Below, piece by piece: positions 56,306 through 64,000 of a stretch of DNA of 64,000 nt. Made by a program: the position numbers and the translations under genes. The stretch is from an uncultured Planctomycetia bacterium (GTDB lineage Bacteria > Omnitrophota > Gorgyraeia > JABMRG01): contig CAZWMG010000003.1 of assembly GCA_964634945.1 (NCBI GenBank), forward strand, positions 37,861-101,860, given 5' to 3'. The notes under the pieces were generated by a model that saw only the letters and a list, made by a program, of their open reading frames with translations, searched no databases and was not told where the DNA came from. The number at the start of each line of letters is the position of its first letter. The first letter of the stretch is position 1.

Positions 56306-57095
56306 CCTTTAAATGATCCAAAAGATATTTTGCGTAATTTTTAAAGAGATTACCAAAAAATGAAATGTATTTTTTAAATAATACATATTTAGGAACCATG
56401 CCTGAATATTTTCTGATAATAATGTATATTCGTTTAAAAAAAGGAAAGGCCCCTTTTGAAGTATTATTCGCATGCAGTCTATATGTCGCTAGGGGCTCAT
56501 CAACGAAAGCTACCTTATGCTTATAAGCTATTCTGAGCCACAGGTCATAATCCTCTATGGCCATAAGCTTCTTCTCCTCATTAAATAGATACGCATCAGG
56601 AGTTCTTCTGTTTCTTATCATTACCGTCGAACAGGGAAACATATTGTAGGCTAAAAAAAGCTCTTTAAATATATATCCGGACTTGGGGTTAATTGGAGAG
56701 ACCGCTAAGACCTCTCCGCCTTGTTGAACAAAACACTTGGTGTAAACTAAAAAAACATCTCCTTGCCTGTCCATAAGCTCTACCTGCTTTTCAAGTTTTT
56801 GAGCATTCCATAGATCATCGTGATCTAAAAAAGCGATAAACTCACCCACAGAGGCTCTTATCCCTACATTTCTTGATACTGCCGGTCTGCCGCTGTTCTT
56901 ATCGAGCCTGATCAATCTTGTTCTATCATCATCTATACTCTCTATCTTCGCGCATGTATCATCATCTGAACCATCATCAACTATAATCAGCTCCCAATCT
57001 GTAAATGTCTGACTAATAACGGATTTAATCGTATCCTGTATAAAATTCTCACAATTATAGGCTCCTATTACTACTGACACCCGCGGCGCGCTCAC
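56286..57095 (-). CDS. GT2-family glycosyltransferase
   Basis: 269 aa. VSVVIGAYNCENFI...IIVDDGSDDDT...DHDDLW. Confidence 0.8.
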   Translation of the reverse strand: MSAPRVSVVIGAYNCENFIQDTIKSVISQTFTDWELIIVDDGSDDDTCAKIESIDDDRTRLIRLDKNSGRPAVSRNVGIRASVGEFIAFLDHDDLWNAQKLEKQVELMDRQGDVFLVYTKCFVQQGGEVLAVSPINPKSGYIFKELFLAYNMFPCSTVMIRNRRTPDAYLFNEEKKLMAIEDYDLWLRIAYKHKVAFVDEPLATYRLHANNTSKGAFPFFKRIYIIIRKYSGMVPKYVLFKKYISFFGNLFKNYAKYLLDHLKGAHEYA

Positions 57096-58000
57096 TGCTT
57101 GGCCTCCTTCATTCTTATCAGTCCTTCGCGCACACCTAAGGGGGATATTCCTAATTCCCGCTTGATCTTGTCTATCTTATAAGTTGTATTGCGCGGCCTC
57201 GGGGCTATTGCAGGAAAAAATGAACTGTCTACGGGCCTTATTCTGCCTTTGTTGAAACCGAATATTTCCGCGGTAATACACGCAAATTCATACCTCGAGA
57301 TCTCATCTCTGCCTCCGGCATGATATATACCTTTTTTATCCATAGCGATTATTTTCCATATTATATCCGCGCAATCACCCGCAAAGAGTGGATTACAAAA
57401 TATATCATCAACCATATTAGTGGACTTATCACCTTTAAGCATATCGATAAGCCAAGTAACGGGATTTTTTCTTTCCACAGGAAGATTCCAACCATACATC
57501 AATATCGCCCGTACAATGCTGTGGTCTAATCCGCTCTCCTTGATCAAAGATTCTTCCTGCAATTTTAGATTTCCATAATAGCTAATAGGGTTTGCTCTAT
57601 CTTCTTCCGCGTAAGGGGGGCTTGTTCCATCAAAAACGGCATTTGAGGATATATATAACAACCTTGCGGCGACTTTCTTGCAGGCATCTATAATATTAGA
57701 TGTGCCGCCTAGGTTTACAGCCTTTGCCTCTTCTTTATTTTTTTCCACATAATCTACACTAGCAAGGGATGCGGCATGAATTATGTAATCAGGTTTTATA
57801 GTTTCCATGATACCAAAAACTGCCTCTTTATCCCTGGTATCAAGATGATATTTTCCACAATTATTTATAATAGCGTCTTTCTTATCAGCAGGAAAAAAGG
57901 AGTATGACGCGTCTACGCCTTCAGGCACAGACCCTACTAAATAGCTACCCAAAAGTCCCGTGCCGCCTGTTATAAATACCTTCTTATTCTTTTTGTACAT
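57092..58000 (-). CDS. NAD(P)-dependent epimerase/reductase (SDR extended family)
   Basis: 302 aa. VFITGGTGLLGSYL. Confidence 0.65.
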   Translation of the reverse strand: MYKKNKKVFITGGTGLLGSYLVGSVPEGVDASYSFFPADKKDAIINNCGKYHLDTRDKEAVFGIMETIKPDYIIHAASLASVDYVEKNKEEAKAVNLGGTSNIIDACKKVAARLLYISSNAVFDGTSPPYAEEDRANPISYYGNLKLQEESLIKESGLDHSIVRAILMYGWNLPVERKNPVTWLIDMLKGDKSTNMVDDIFCNPLFAGDCADIIWKIIAMDKKGIYHAGGRDEISRYEFACITAEIFGFNKGRIRPVDSSFFPAIAPRPRNTTYKIDKIKRELGISPLGVREGLIRMKEAKQ

Positions 58001-58718
58001 TCATATCCTCTGTCAAATTATTTTGGCCTGACAATAAAGATTCGGCGGATGCAAAATCTATTCTAGTATCAATATCTACTGAACGTATACGTGGCATGAG
58101 ATACCCAAGGGTTTTTTTGCCATAAAAAGTTTTGTGTCTCTTAAGAAAATCCCAATACGCTAAATATATAGCGCCGTTTAGTTTGTAAGCATTTGAAATT
58201 CCCTCCTTATCATGCTCGGCAAATAATGGGCTCATGGAATCCTTAAACAGTCCTACTAACAGCGCCTTGCTTTCTATGTCGATACAGTTCTCTGTATGGC
58301 AAACCGATACGATAGCATCTGCTTTTTTCGAAAAAAGAAGTTCTATGGACCTGTCTATATCCTTAACAAGCCTTAAAGGTGAGGTCGGCTGCAATAAGAT
58401 TAATATATCAAAATTTTCATTATTATTCTCCACCCAATCCATAGCATGCAAAACAAGGCTTATTGACTTTGAGTTATCAGCAGCCAGTTCCTTAGGGCGT
58501 AAAAAGGGTACTTCCGCGCCGCACTCCTTAGCAACTAAAGCTATCTCCTTGTCATCCGTTGAAACAATAACTCTATCAATATAGGTGCTTATTTTTGCCT
58601 GTTCAACTGTCCAGCCAATCAATGGTTTTCCTAGCAGTAATCTTATATTTTTACGAGGCAACCTTTTGCTGCCACCCCTTGCAGGAATTAAGGCTAATAT
58701 TTTTTTATTTTCATACAT
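57984..58718 (-). CDS. CMP-nonulosonic acid synthetase (NeuA/PseF/LegF-like acylneuraminate cytidylyltransferase)
   Basis: 244 aa. ILALIPARGGSKRLPRKNI is the classic NeuA N-terminal motif. Confidence 0.8.
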   Translation of the reverse strand: MYENKKILALIPARGGSKRLPRKNIRLLLGKPLIGWTVEQAKISTYIDRVIVSTDDKEIALVAKECGAEVPFLRPKELAADNSKSISLVLHAMDWVENNNENFDILILLQPTSPLRLVKDIDRSIELLFSKKADAIVSVCHTENCIDIESKALLVGLFKDSMSPLFAEHDKEGISNAYKLNGAIYLAYWDFLKRHKTFYGKKTLGYLMPRIRSVDIDTRIDFASAESLLSGQNNLTEDMNVQKE

Positions 58719-58730
58719 ATTGTCGCCGCA

Positions 58731-59804
58731 TTATTTAAGCATCTGTATTTTTTCCAAGGCCTTTTTGTACTCTTCCCATTGACCGATATCAATATACGAT
58801 TTCTCTGATGCTGGATACACCCCTATATTCTCACCTTTTTTCAAAAGAACCTGCATAAGGTCTGTCATGTCAAAATATTTGTTCTTAGGGATAAAATCCA
58901 AGGCCTTCTTTGATAAGACGTACACACCTGTATTTATGGTAATATCAAACTCCGGTTTTTCCTGAATCCTATCTATCTTGCCGTCTTTTCCAAAATCAAT
59001 AACACCATATGGTATTTTGTGATATTGCATAGAACCCACAACTGTTAATATGTAGTTATTTTCACCATGAAAGTTCACTAGATCACTATAATCTATATCT
59101 ACCACAATATCGCTGTTTGATACTATAAAACTGCTATTAGGAATTGGCGATATAAGCTTAAGTCCTCCTGCAGTACCTAAGAACTCTTCTTCCCAAACGC
59201 ATTTTATATTGTAGGGCCTCTTATTGTTGCTATTTAAATAGCTCTCAATCATTTCACCTTTGTAATTAAGCGTAACAAAAAAATTATCCACACTGTGTTT
59301 TCTGAATTTTTCAATAATTATTTCCAGTATGGGCTTATCGCCGATTGGCATAAGCGGCTTTGGAAATATATTTGTAAATGGGCCCAACCTCTCTCCTTTT
59401 CCTCCGGCCATGATTACTACGGGAATGTCCACCTTTTTAGATAAGGCTTTAGCATCCTCAAATATGTCTGTCCACCATAGGACATTGACAATATTTTTTT
59501 TCTCATCAACAACAGGAATGACTTCCAGCGTCTTTTCCAGCATAAGTTGCTTCGCATCATCTTTAGTATAACTACCATCCATAAAAAATGTTGGGTTACT
59601 ATTAAAACAAGACGCTATTTCTTCCTGCAGATTACCTGTTTTTAGTATCCATCTTCTTATATCGCCATCTGTCAGCGAACCTATTAAAGAACCTTTTTCA
59701 TCACAAACAAACAATATAGCAAATCCAGTCTCTCCGATCTTTTTTAACGCATTTTTTATTGAGGCGCTGGGCAAGATCTTAATCTTATTTACTATATCAT
59801 TCAT
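58731..59804 (-). CDS. CBS-domain sugar-phosphate nucleotidyltransferase (PtmE-like)
   Basis: 357 aa. Tandem CBS-like N-terminus, then VVIMAGGKGERLGPFTNIFPKPLMPIGDKPIL nucleotidyltransferase motif. Confidence 0.65.
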   Translation of the reverse strand: MNDIVNKIKILPSASIKNALKKIGETGFAILFVCDEKGSLIGSLTDGDIRRWILKTGNLQEEIASCFNSNPTFFMDGSYTKDDAKQLMLEKTLEVIPVVDEKKNIVNVLWWTDIFEDAKALSKKVDIPVVIMAGGKGERLGPFTNIFPKPLMPIGDKPILEIIIEKFRKHSVDNFFVTLNYKGEMIESYLNSNNKRPYNIKCVWEEEFLGTAGGLKLISPIPNSSFIVSNSDIVVDIDYSDLVNFHGENNYILTVVGSMQYHKIPYGVIDFGKDGKIDRIQEKPEFDITINTGVYVLSKKALDFIPKNKYFDMTDLMQVLLKKGENIGVYPASEKSYIDIGQWEEYKKALEKIQMLK

Positions 59805-59813
59805 GTTCTTCTC

Positions 59814-60989
59814 CTAAACTTTTGCATATTCCGGTTCTCTTGCTGATCTCTGCCACAATGGGTCTTTCAGCTTCCATTGTCTATTATTATCTTTCTCAAA
59901 GATATCCTTGTTATAGAACTTATCAATAATATTCCAAAACTGACTGCGTGAATAACCTGCAAAATCTACAAAGTCATCTACAGCTTTAGGATCGAGTGCG
60001 TGATCGTGTTTTTTGACTAATTCAATAGCTTCTTGCCTGGTGATCATACCATACCTGATAAATCTAGAGAGATAATCTGTGGCAGAGGCATGCCCGAACT
60101 TCGGATACTTCATCCAGGCATGAACAAGATATGCCCTGGTATCTACTGAATCAAAGTCTTCAACATGGTGCTGTCTTTTCCATTCATGGGTCAAGTCTTT
60201 AAAACCTCTCTTCTTAGCAAAAATATAATTCCTGTAACTATTCCATTTTATAAAATAACTCAAATATATTGGTTCGAGTTTTTCTTGTTCGAGCTCTTTT
60301 TTAGAGGGGTAGATGCAAAGCCCCATATCTTTCATCTCAACGCCATTTCCTAATAACACATCCCAGGAGATATCTGAGGCTACATCATTGTTCACCTGAT
60401 CTTTTGCAGAATACGCCTCACTGTTTTGGGAGCCGCCATATTCGTAGTTTACATTCTCGCCATATATTAAAAAAGGAATCGAAAATTTTATCGCCATGTG
60501 GACAGGGTATGTATAGATTAAACGATCAATGTACCATGTAGGTTTTCCATATTTCTCAAAGGTCTTACGCATAAGTATCTTCTGTGCTCTAATATTAGGT
60601 TTTAGGCTGATAATATCGCAGCCGAACTCTTCGGAGATGTTTTTAATATTATGCTTACCTGCCTCTGGCATAGGAAAATTATCCTCTACTGAGACAAGCA
60701 AGGGGTTCATTCCCAAGCGCTCCTTCATAATATGGACCTGAAAATGGCTATCCTTGCCACCGCTTACCGCTATCATGCAGTCGTAGCCATCCTTTCCTGT
60801 GTTTCTATATTTATCGCAGAGCTTTTCCAGCTCTGTAAAACGCGTATCCCAATCAACCTTATCCTTTATCTCCTCAGCACGGCATCCAGCGCATATCCCT
60901 TCTTCATCAATAACAATTCCTGGGCGCGAGGAGGGCATAACACACTTTTTACAGTATTTCATTACATCTCCTTTCGTATCTAAATACAC
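59814..60989 (-). CDS. N-acetyl sugar amidotransferase (PP-loop ATPase; WbpG/PseA-like, acetamidino-forming)
   Basis: 391 aa. N-terminal Zn-ribbon CKKC...CAGC, then the PP-loop AVSGGKDSHFQ. Confidence 0.65.
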   Translation of the reverse strand: MYLDTKGDVMKYCKKCVMPSSRPGIVIDEEGICAGCRAEEIKDKVDWDTRFTELEKLCDKYRNTGKDGYDCMIAVSGGKDSHFQVHIMKERLGMNPLLVSVEDNFPMPEAGKHNIKNISEEFGCDIISLKPNIRAQKILMRKTFEKYGKPTWYIDRLIYTYPVHMAIKFSIPFLIYGENVNYEYGGSQNSEAYSAKDQVNNDVASDISWDVLLGNGVEMKDMGLCIYPSKKELEQEKLEPIYLSYFIKWNSYRNYIFAKKRGFKDLTHEWKRQHHVEDFDSVDTRAYLVHAWMKYPKFGHASATDYLSRFIRYGMITRQEAIELVKKHDHALDPKAVDDFVDFAGYSRSQFWNIIDKFYNKDIFEKDNNRQWKLKDPLWQRSAREPEYAKV

Positions 60990-62179
60990 TTAGAAAAATT
61001 AATATTCAAGTCAAAAAAACTTTTTTCCATAGAGGCAAAATTTGTCTTACGAACAATATTTACTATTCTTTGAGCGGTCTTTCCATCCCCATAAGGATTT
61101 GCTATTTTTTTACAAGAGTCTTTAAAATTCCTAGATAATGCCTTTTTAAAAGCGCTCTTTATAGATTTAATATCTGCTGCGGAATCGATGACCGAGGCTG
61201 CCCTTATTCGTCCTTTCTGCCTATTGCCTATGTTTACAGTAGGGATACCAAAAGCCGGCACTTCTACTAGGCCGCTTGAAGAATTACCAGCTACAATATC
61301 CATAAACCCAAGAGCGCTCAGATATAACAACTTACCCATGGACATAATAAAAATGGATTGCTTTTTGTTTTTTTTCACATACTTTTCTATGATGCGACTT
61401 ATCGTATGCGAGTACATATCAGGGTTAGGTTTTGTAAATATAATCTTAGAATCCGGAATTCCCTTTAATGCCTTTAGCAAGTTTTTAACGTGGCCTTCCT
61501 GCGAGGACCTTGATTCGGAAGTTGATGGGTTAAATGTTACCATTATATTATTTTTACCTAATTTAAATCCTATTCTCTTCTCAAGAGACTCTTTATCTAA
61601 TAATTTTGTATTACGAATATTGTCCAGTGCTAAAGCGCCTACGCTAAAAATTCTTTTTGGGCTCTCGCCCATTTGTATTATTCTTCTTCTATATGTATCT
61701 GTTGACACGAAATGTAGATACGATAACTTTGTAATCGCGTGCCTTATACCATCATCCAGTGAGCCTTCTGTTACTTCTCCTCCCGCAATATGCGCTATAG
61801 GAATCTTAAGAAGATAACAGGCCATGGCAGCAGCAAATGTCTCGAATCTATCGCCAAGCAAAAAGACCACATTCGGTTTTAGCATTTTCAACGCCTTAGC
61901 GAGTCCTGTTATCCCTAAACTAACGGATTTCGCTATCGACTCCTCTGTATCTCCGCCAAAAAGCGTTCTTACCTTTGAGTTTATGTTAAATCCGTCTCGT
62001 TCTATCTCTCTATAGGTTAAGCCAAAATTACGGGATAGGTGGGCGCCTGTTGCTAATATCTGAAGGGTCAAAAAACCCCTATTAATTTTTATGGATTTAG
62101 CTAGCGGGTAAAACTGGCCCCACTCTGCCCTTGAACCTGTAATAATACATGTCTTCTTTTTTTGGATCTTCATCCTCAT
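60980..62179 (-). CDS. UDP-N-acetylglucosamine 2-epimerase family (NeuC/LegG/PseG-type, likely hydrolysing)
   Basis: 399 aa. ITGSRAEWGQFYPL...GDRFETFAAAMACYLLKIPIAHIAGGE. Confidence 0.75.
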   Translation of the reverse strand: MRMKIQKKKTCIITGSRAEWGQFYPLAKSIKINRGFLTLQILATGAHLSRNFGLTYREIERDGFNINSKVRTLFGGDTEESIAKSVSLGITGLAKALKMLKPNVVFLLGDRFETFAAAMACYLLKIPIAHIAGGEVTEGSLDDGIRHAITKLSYLHFVSTDTYRRRIIQMGESPKRIFSVGALALDNIRNTKLLDKESLEKRIGFKLGKNNIMVTFNPSTSESRSSQEGHVKNLLKALKGIPDSKIIFTKPNPDMYSHTISRIIEKYVKKNKKQSIFIMSMGKLLYLSALGFMDIVAGNSSSGLVEVPAFGIPTVNIGNRQKGRIRAASVIDSAADIKSIKSAFKKALSRNFKDSCKKIANPYGDGKTAQRIVNIVRKTNFASMEKSFFDLNINFSKCI

Positions 62180-62202
62180 TATAATAATGGCCCTCTACAT
62201 TT

Positions 62203-63705
62203 CTAAGTAGGCTGCTTCTGGGTACTCTTTAACCATATATCCTTATACCTAAAAGGGATATTGCGTGGAAGCCCTGAAGCTTCTCTCTTTTCTTTTAGAT
62301 AGTCACGACATCTCTTCTTAAACTTTATTAATTCATCGATAGATAAATTATGGGGCTTAAAATGAGGGTAACCTGAATCAAGATGCAAGTCTGTAATATT
62401 AACATAATCGTCAACGTTATGCGCAAGCAGATTATGGCTTTTGCAATAATCGAATAATTCTGTACCGGGATAGGGTGTCGCAAAGTTTGATGAAAAATTA
62501 TCAAGAGGCAAGGTTGTCATCATATTATATGTTTCTTCGAGGGTTTCACGCGTCTCCTCAGGCATGCCTATAATAAAATAAGCTGTTAAAAAAAGATGTT
62601 TATGCTCTATACAGGCTTCGCAAGCTTCGTATATCTTAGCTGTAGGGAGGTTCTTCTTCATTACTTTATTTCTTATATACTCGGAACCGCTTTCAATGGC
62701 AATATTTATCCTGACCATGCCTGCGTTGACCAAAGCACTTACAACATCTTTATCCAATCTATTTATCGCGATCCCATTCGGAGCATCAAATTGAATTTCC
62801 ATCTTTCGTTTCACAATTCCTTCACATATTTCTATAATTCGCCTCTTGTCAAATGTAACATTATCATCCATGAATTCAAAGTAGCGAACATTGTAATCGT
62901 TATACAATTTCTCCATCTCTTCTAAGACGTTACCTGAGGATCTGTGCCTAAACCTTAAACCGTGCACTAACCACATACTGCAGAAAGTACAGCGTTGCGG
63001 ACAACTTCTACTTGAAATAACAGTAAAAGGCTGTCCAACCGCTATGCCTTTTGGGGAATACCAGCCGGAAGTATCCATGTTCTTATATGCTCCCATATCC
63101 AGTATGCTATAATCTATAGAAGGCAACTCATCCAGATTATCGATAAATTTAGTTTTTGGATTCAGGATTACCCTGCCTTTTTTTCTAAATGCGATACCAT
63201 CGATGAGCTCAAAGTCGTTGTTATCATTAACCAGTGACGTAATCAATTCCAGAAATGTAAACTCGCCTTCGCCTATAATTACATAATCAATGCAATTGTA
63301 TTTTTCTAAAATATCTTTTGAAAATACAGTAGGATGCATCCCGCCTATCACAATAGGTATTTCGGGGAAATTTTTCTTTATATTATTCGCTATTATTTTG
63401 AGATTTTGAAATGCCCCTGAAAATGTGCACCCCAAGCCTATTATGTTGGGCCTGTAATCATCAATAGCGGATAAGAGCTGGTTATTAAAATAATCATTCA
63501 ACTCATCCGCACTTGGGCTCTCCGTATGATTATAGTAGTGATTATTGACATCAATAAGCTTGACATCTATATCGTTCTTCTTTAGCATTGTACCCAAAGA
63601 TAGAAGCCCAAGAGGGAAAAAGTTATCCGGATTAAACTCATTTCTTGATGTAGGCAAATTGAAAAGCATTACCTTTGTCTCTGCGTTTAACATTTTGCCT
63701 CCCAT
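62203..63705 (-). CDS. B12-binding domain radical SAM protein, paralogue 4
   Basis: 500 aa. B12-binding N-terminus (KVMLFNLP...LGLLSLGTML), CPQRCTFCS triad. Confidence 0.8.
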   Translation of the reverse strand: MGGKMLNAETKVMLFNLPTSRNEFNPDNFFPLGLLSLGTMLKKNDIDVKLIDVNNHYYNHTESPSADELNDYFNNQLLSAIDDYRPNIIGLGCTFSGAFQNLKIIANNIKKNFPEIPIVIGGMHPTVFSKDILEKYNCIDYVIIGEGEFTFLELITSLVNDNNDFELIDGIAFRKKGRVILNPKTKFIDNLDELPSIDYSILDMGAYKNMDTSGWYSPKGIAVGQPFTVISSRSCPQRCTFCSMWLVHGLRFRHRSSGNVLEEMEKLYNDYNVRYFEFMDDNVTFDKRRIIEICEGIVKRKMEIQFDAPNGIAINRLDKDVVSALVNAGMVRINIAIESGSEYIRNKVMKKNLPTAKIYEACEACIEHKHLFLTAYFIIGMPEETRETLEETYNMMTTLPLDNFSSNFATPYPGTELFDYCKSHNLLAHNVDDYVNITDLHLDSGYPHFKPHNLSIDELIKFKKRCRDYLKEKREASGLPRNIPFRYKDIWLKSTQKQPT

Positions 63706-64000
63706 CTATTGCTCGTAATTTTACGCGCTAAGTCAACAACGCTCTGATTTTCTTTAACATCAGCGAATACTGTTGTCCCAATGCCGATGACCGTATTTCT
63801 GCCTATGGTAATACCTTGACTTAGAATAGCTCCGGAACCTATAATACAGCTATCCTTAACAATGCAATTACCATTGACTGTTGCTGAAGGCATAATCGAC
63901 GCATAATCTCCGATATCTGTATCATGGCCTAACATAACGTTATAAAGCAACGAAACGCATTTACCTAATCGCACGTTAAAACTGATATTTACACTCGGGT
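63687..64000 (-). CDS. hexapeptide-repeat (left-handed beta-helix) sugar N-acetyltransferase, NeuD/PglD/LegH-like; N-terminus beyond the window
   Basis: Imperfect hexapeptide repeats (IGDYASIMPSATVNGNCIVKDSCIIGSGAILSQGITIGRNTVIGIGTTV). The reading frame stays open upstream of the listed GTG to the window edge, so the gene is 5'-truncated by the window. Confidence 0.6.
   Translation of the reverse strand, partial: PSVNISFNVRLGKCVSLLYNVMLGHDTDIGDYASIMPSATVNGNCIVKDSCIIGSGAILSQGITIGRNTVIGIGTTVFADVKENQSVVDLARKITSNRWEAKC

Noticed and set aside
61188-61817. 209-aa plus-strand ORF
   Set aside because: Antisense to the NeuC/LegG-like gene, with no motif. Shadow ORF.
1-64000. CRISPR arrays, tRNA/rRNA genes, transposases, integrases
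   Set aside because: I scanned for regularly spaced direct repeats, cloverleaf-type conserved tRNA segments and DDE or tyrosine-recombinase motifs and found none. The only tandem repeat is the 4x 9-bp unit at 32319-32354.

Overview
This AT-rich 64 kb window is almost entirely coding and forms one very large glycan-biosynthesis super-locus. Genes at 854-34772 (about 34 kb) and 38188-64000 (about 26 kb) all lie on the minus strand and are tightly packed, with many 1-8 bp start/stop overlaps of the ATGA type that suggest translational coupling. A 3.3 kb plus-strand island (34903-38179) separates the two blocks and carries a GT2 paralogue, an AAA-ATPase with DUF4143 and an outer-membrane beta-barrel protein. 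Read in coordinate order, the window contains the following. (i) A truncated FkbM methyltransferase and a TagF-like phosphotransferase. (ii) An Sps/Pse-like nonulosonic-acid module: cytidylyltransferase, GNAT, short NeuB-family synthase, SDR and DegT aminotransferase, with a small excisionase-type HTH gene that has its own near-consensus promoter. (iii) A roughly 20 kb block of iterated modules (9438-29348) that I cannot match to any described system and regard as the most interesting part of the window. It holds three paralogous cobalamin-binding radical-SAM genes, with a fourth at 62203. It also holds four polyprenol-phosphate sugar synthase-like GT2s (Dpm1/GtrB/ArnC type), six polytopic GT-C membrane transferases (PMT/ArnT-like, DE-motif, one YfhO-like), a SPASM radical SAM and a Rossmann FAD oxidoreductase. 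(iv) A LexA-N-terminal-like winged helix, two CDP-paratose-2-epimerase-like SDRs, a NodU/CmcH carbamoyltransferase with its two conserved small membrane partners, and a CysC-like kinase. (v) O-antigen-type genes: SPASM radical SAM, WaaL/Wzy_C ligase-like, CapD/WbpM dehydratase, MraY/WecA-family GT4, GT2, Methyltransf_24, GT-B, Wzy-like, and a TagF/KpsS-like protein. (vi) An HpcH aldolase, KdsB-like cytidylyltransferase, Zn-ribbon methyltransferase, D-2-hydroxyacid dehydrogenase, cyclase, HAD and epimerase block. (vii) A legionaminic/pseudaminic-like module: GT2, SDR, NeuA/LegF, CBS-nucleotidyltransferase (PtmE-like), PP-loop N-acetyl-sugar amidotransferase, NeuC/LegG, B12-rSAM and a hexapeptide acetyltransferase truncated at the window end. 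I found no rRNA, tRNA, CRISPR, transposase or integrase. The source is probably an uncultivated anaerobic diderm bacterium: radical SAMs are abundant and there is an outer-membrane protein ending in Phe. All functional calls are by eye from motifs with no database search, so family names are hypotheses.
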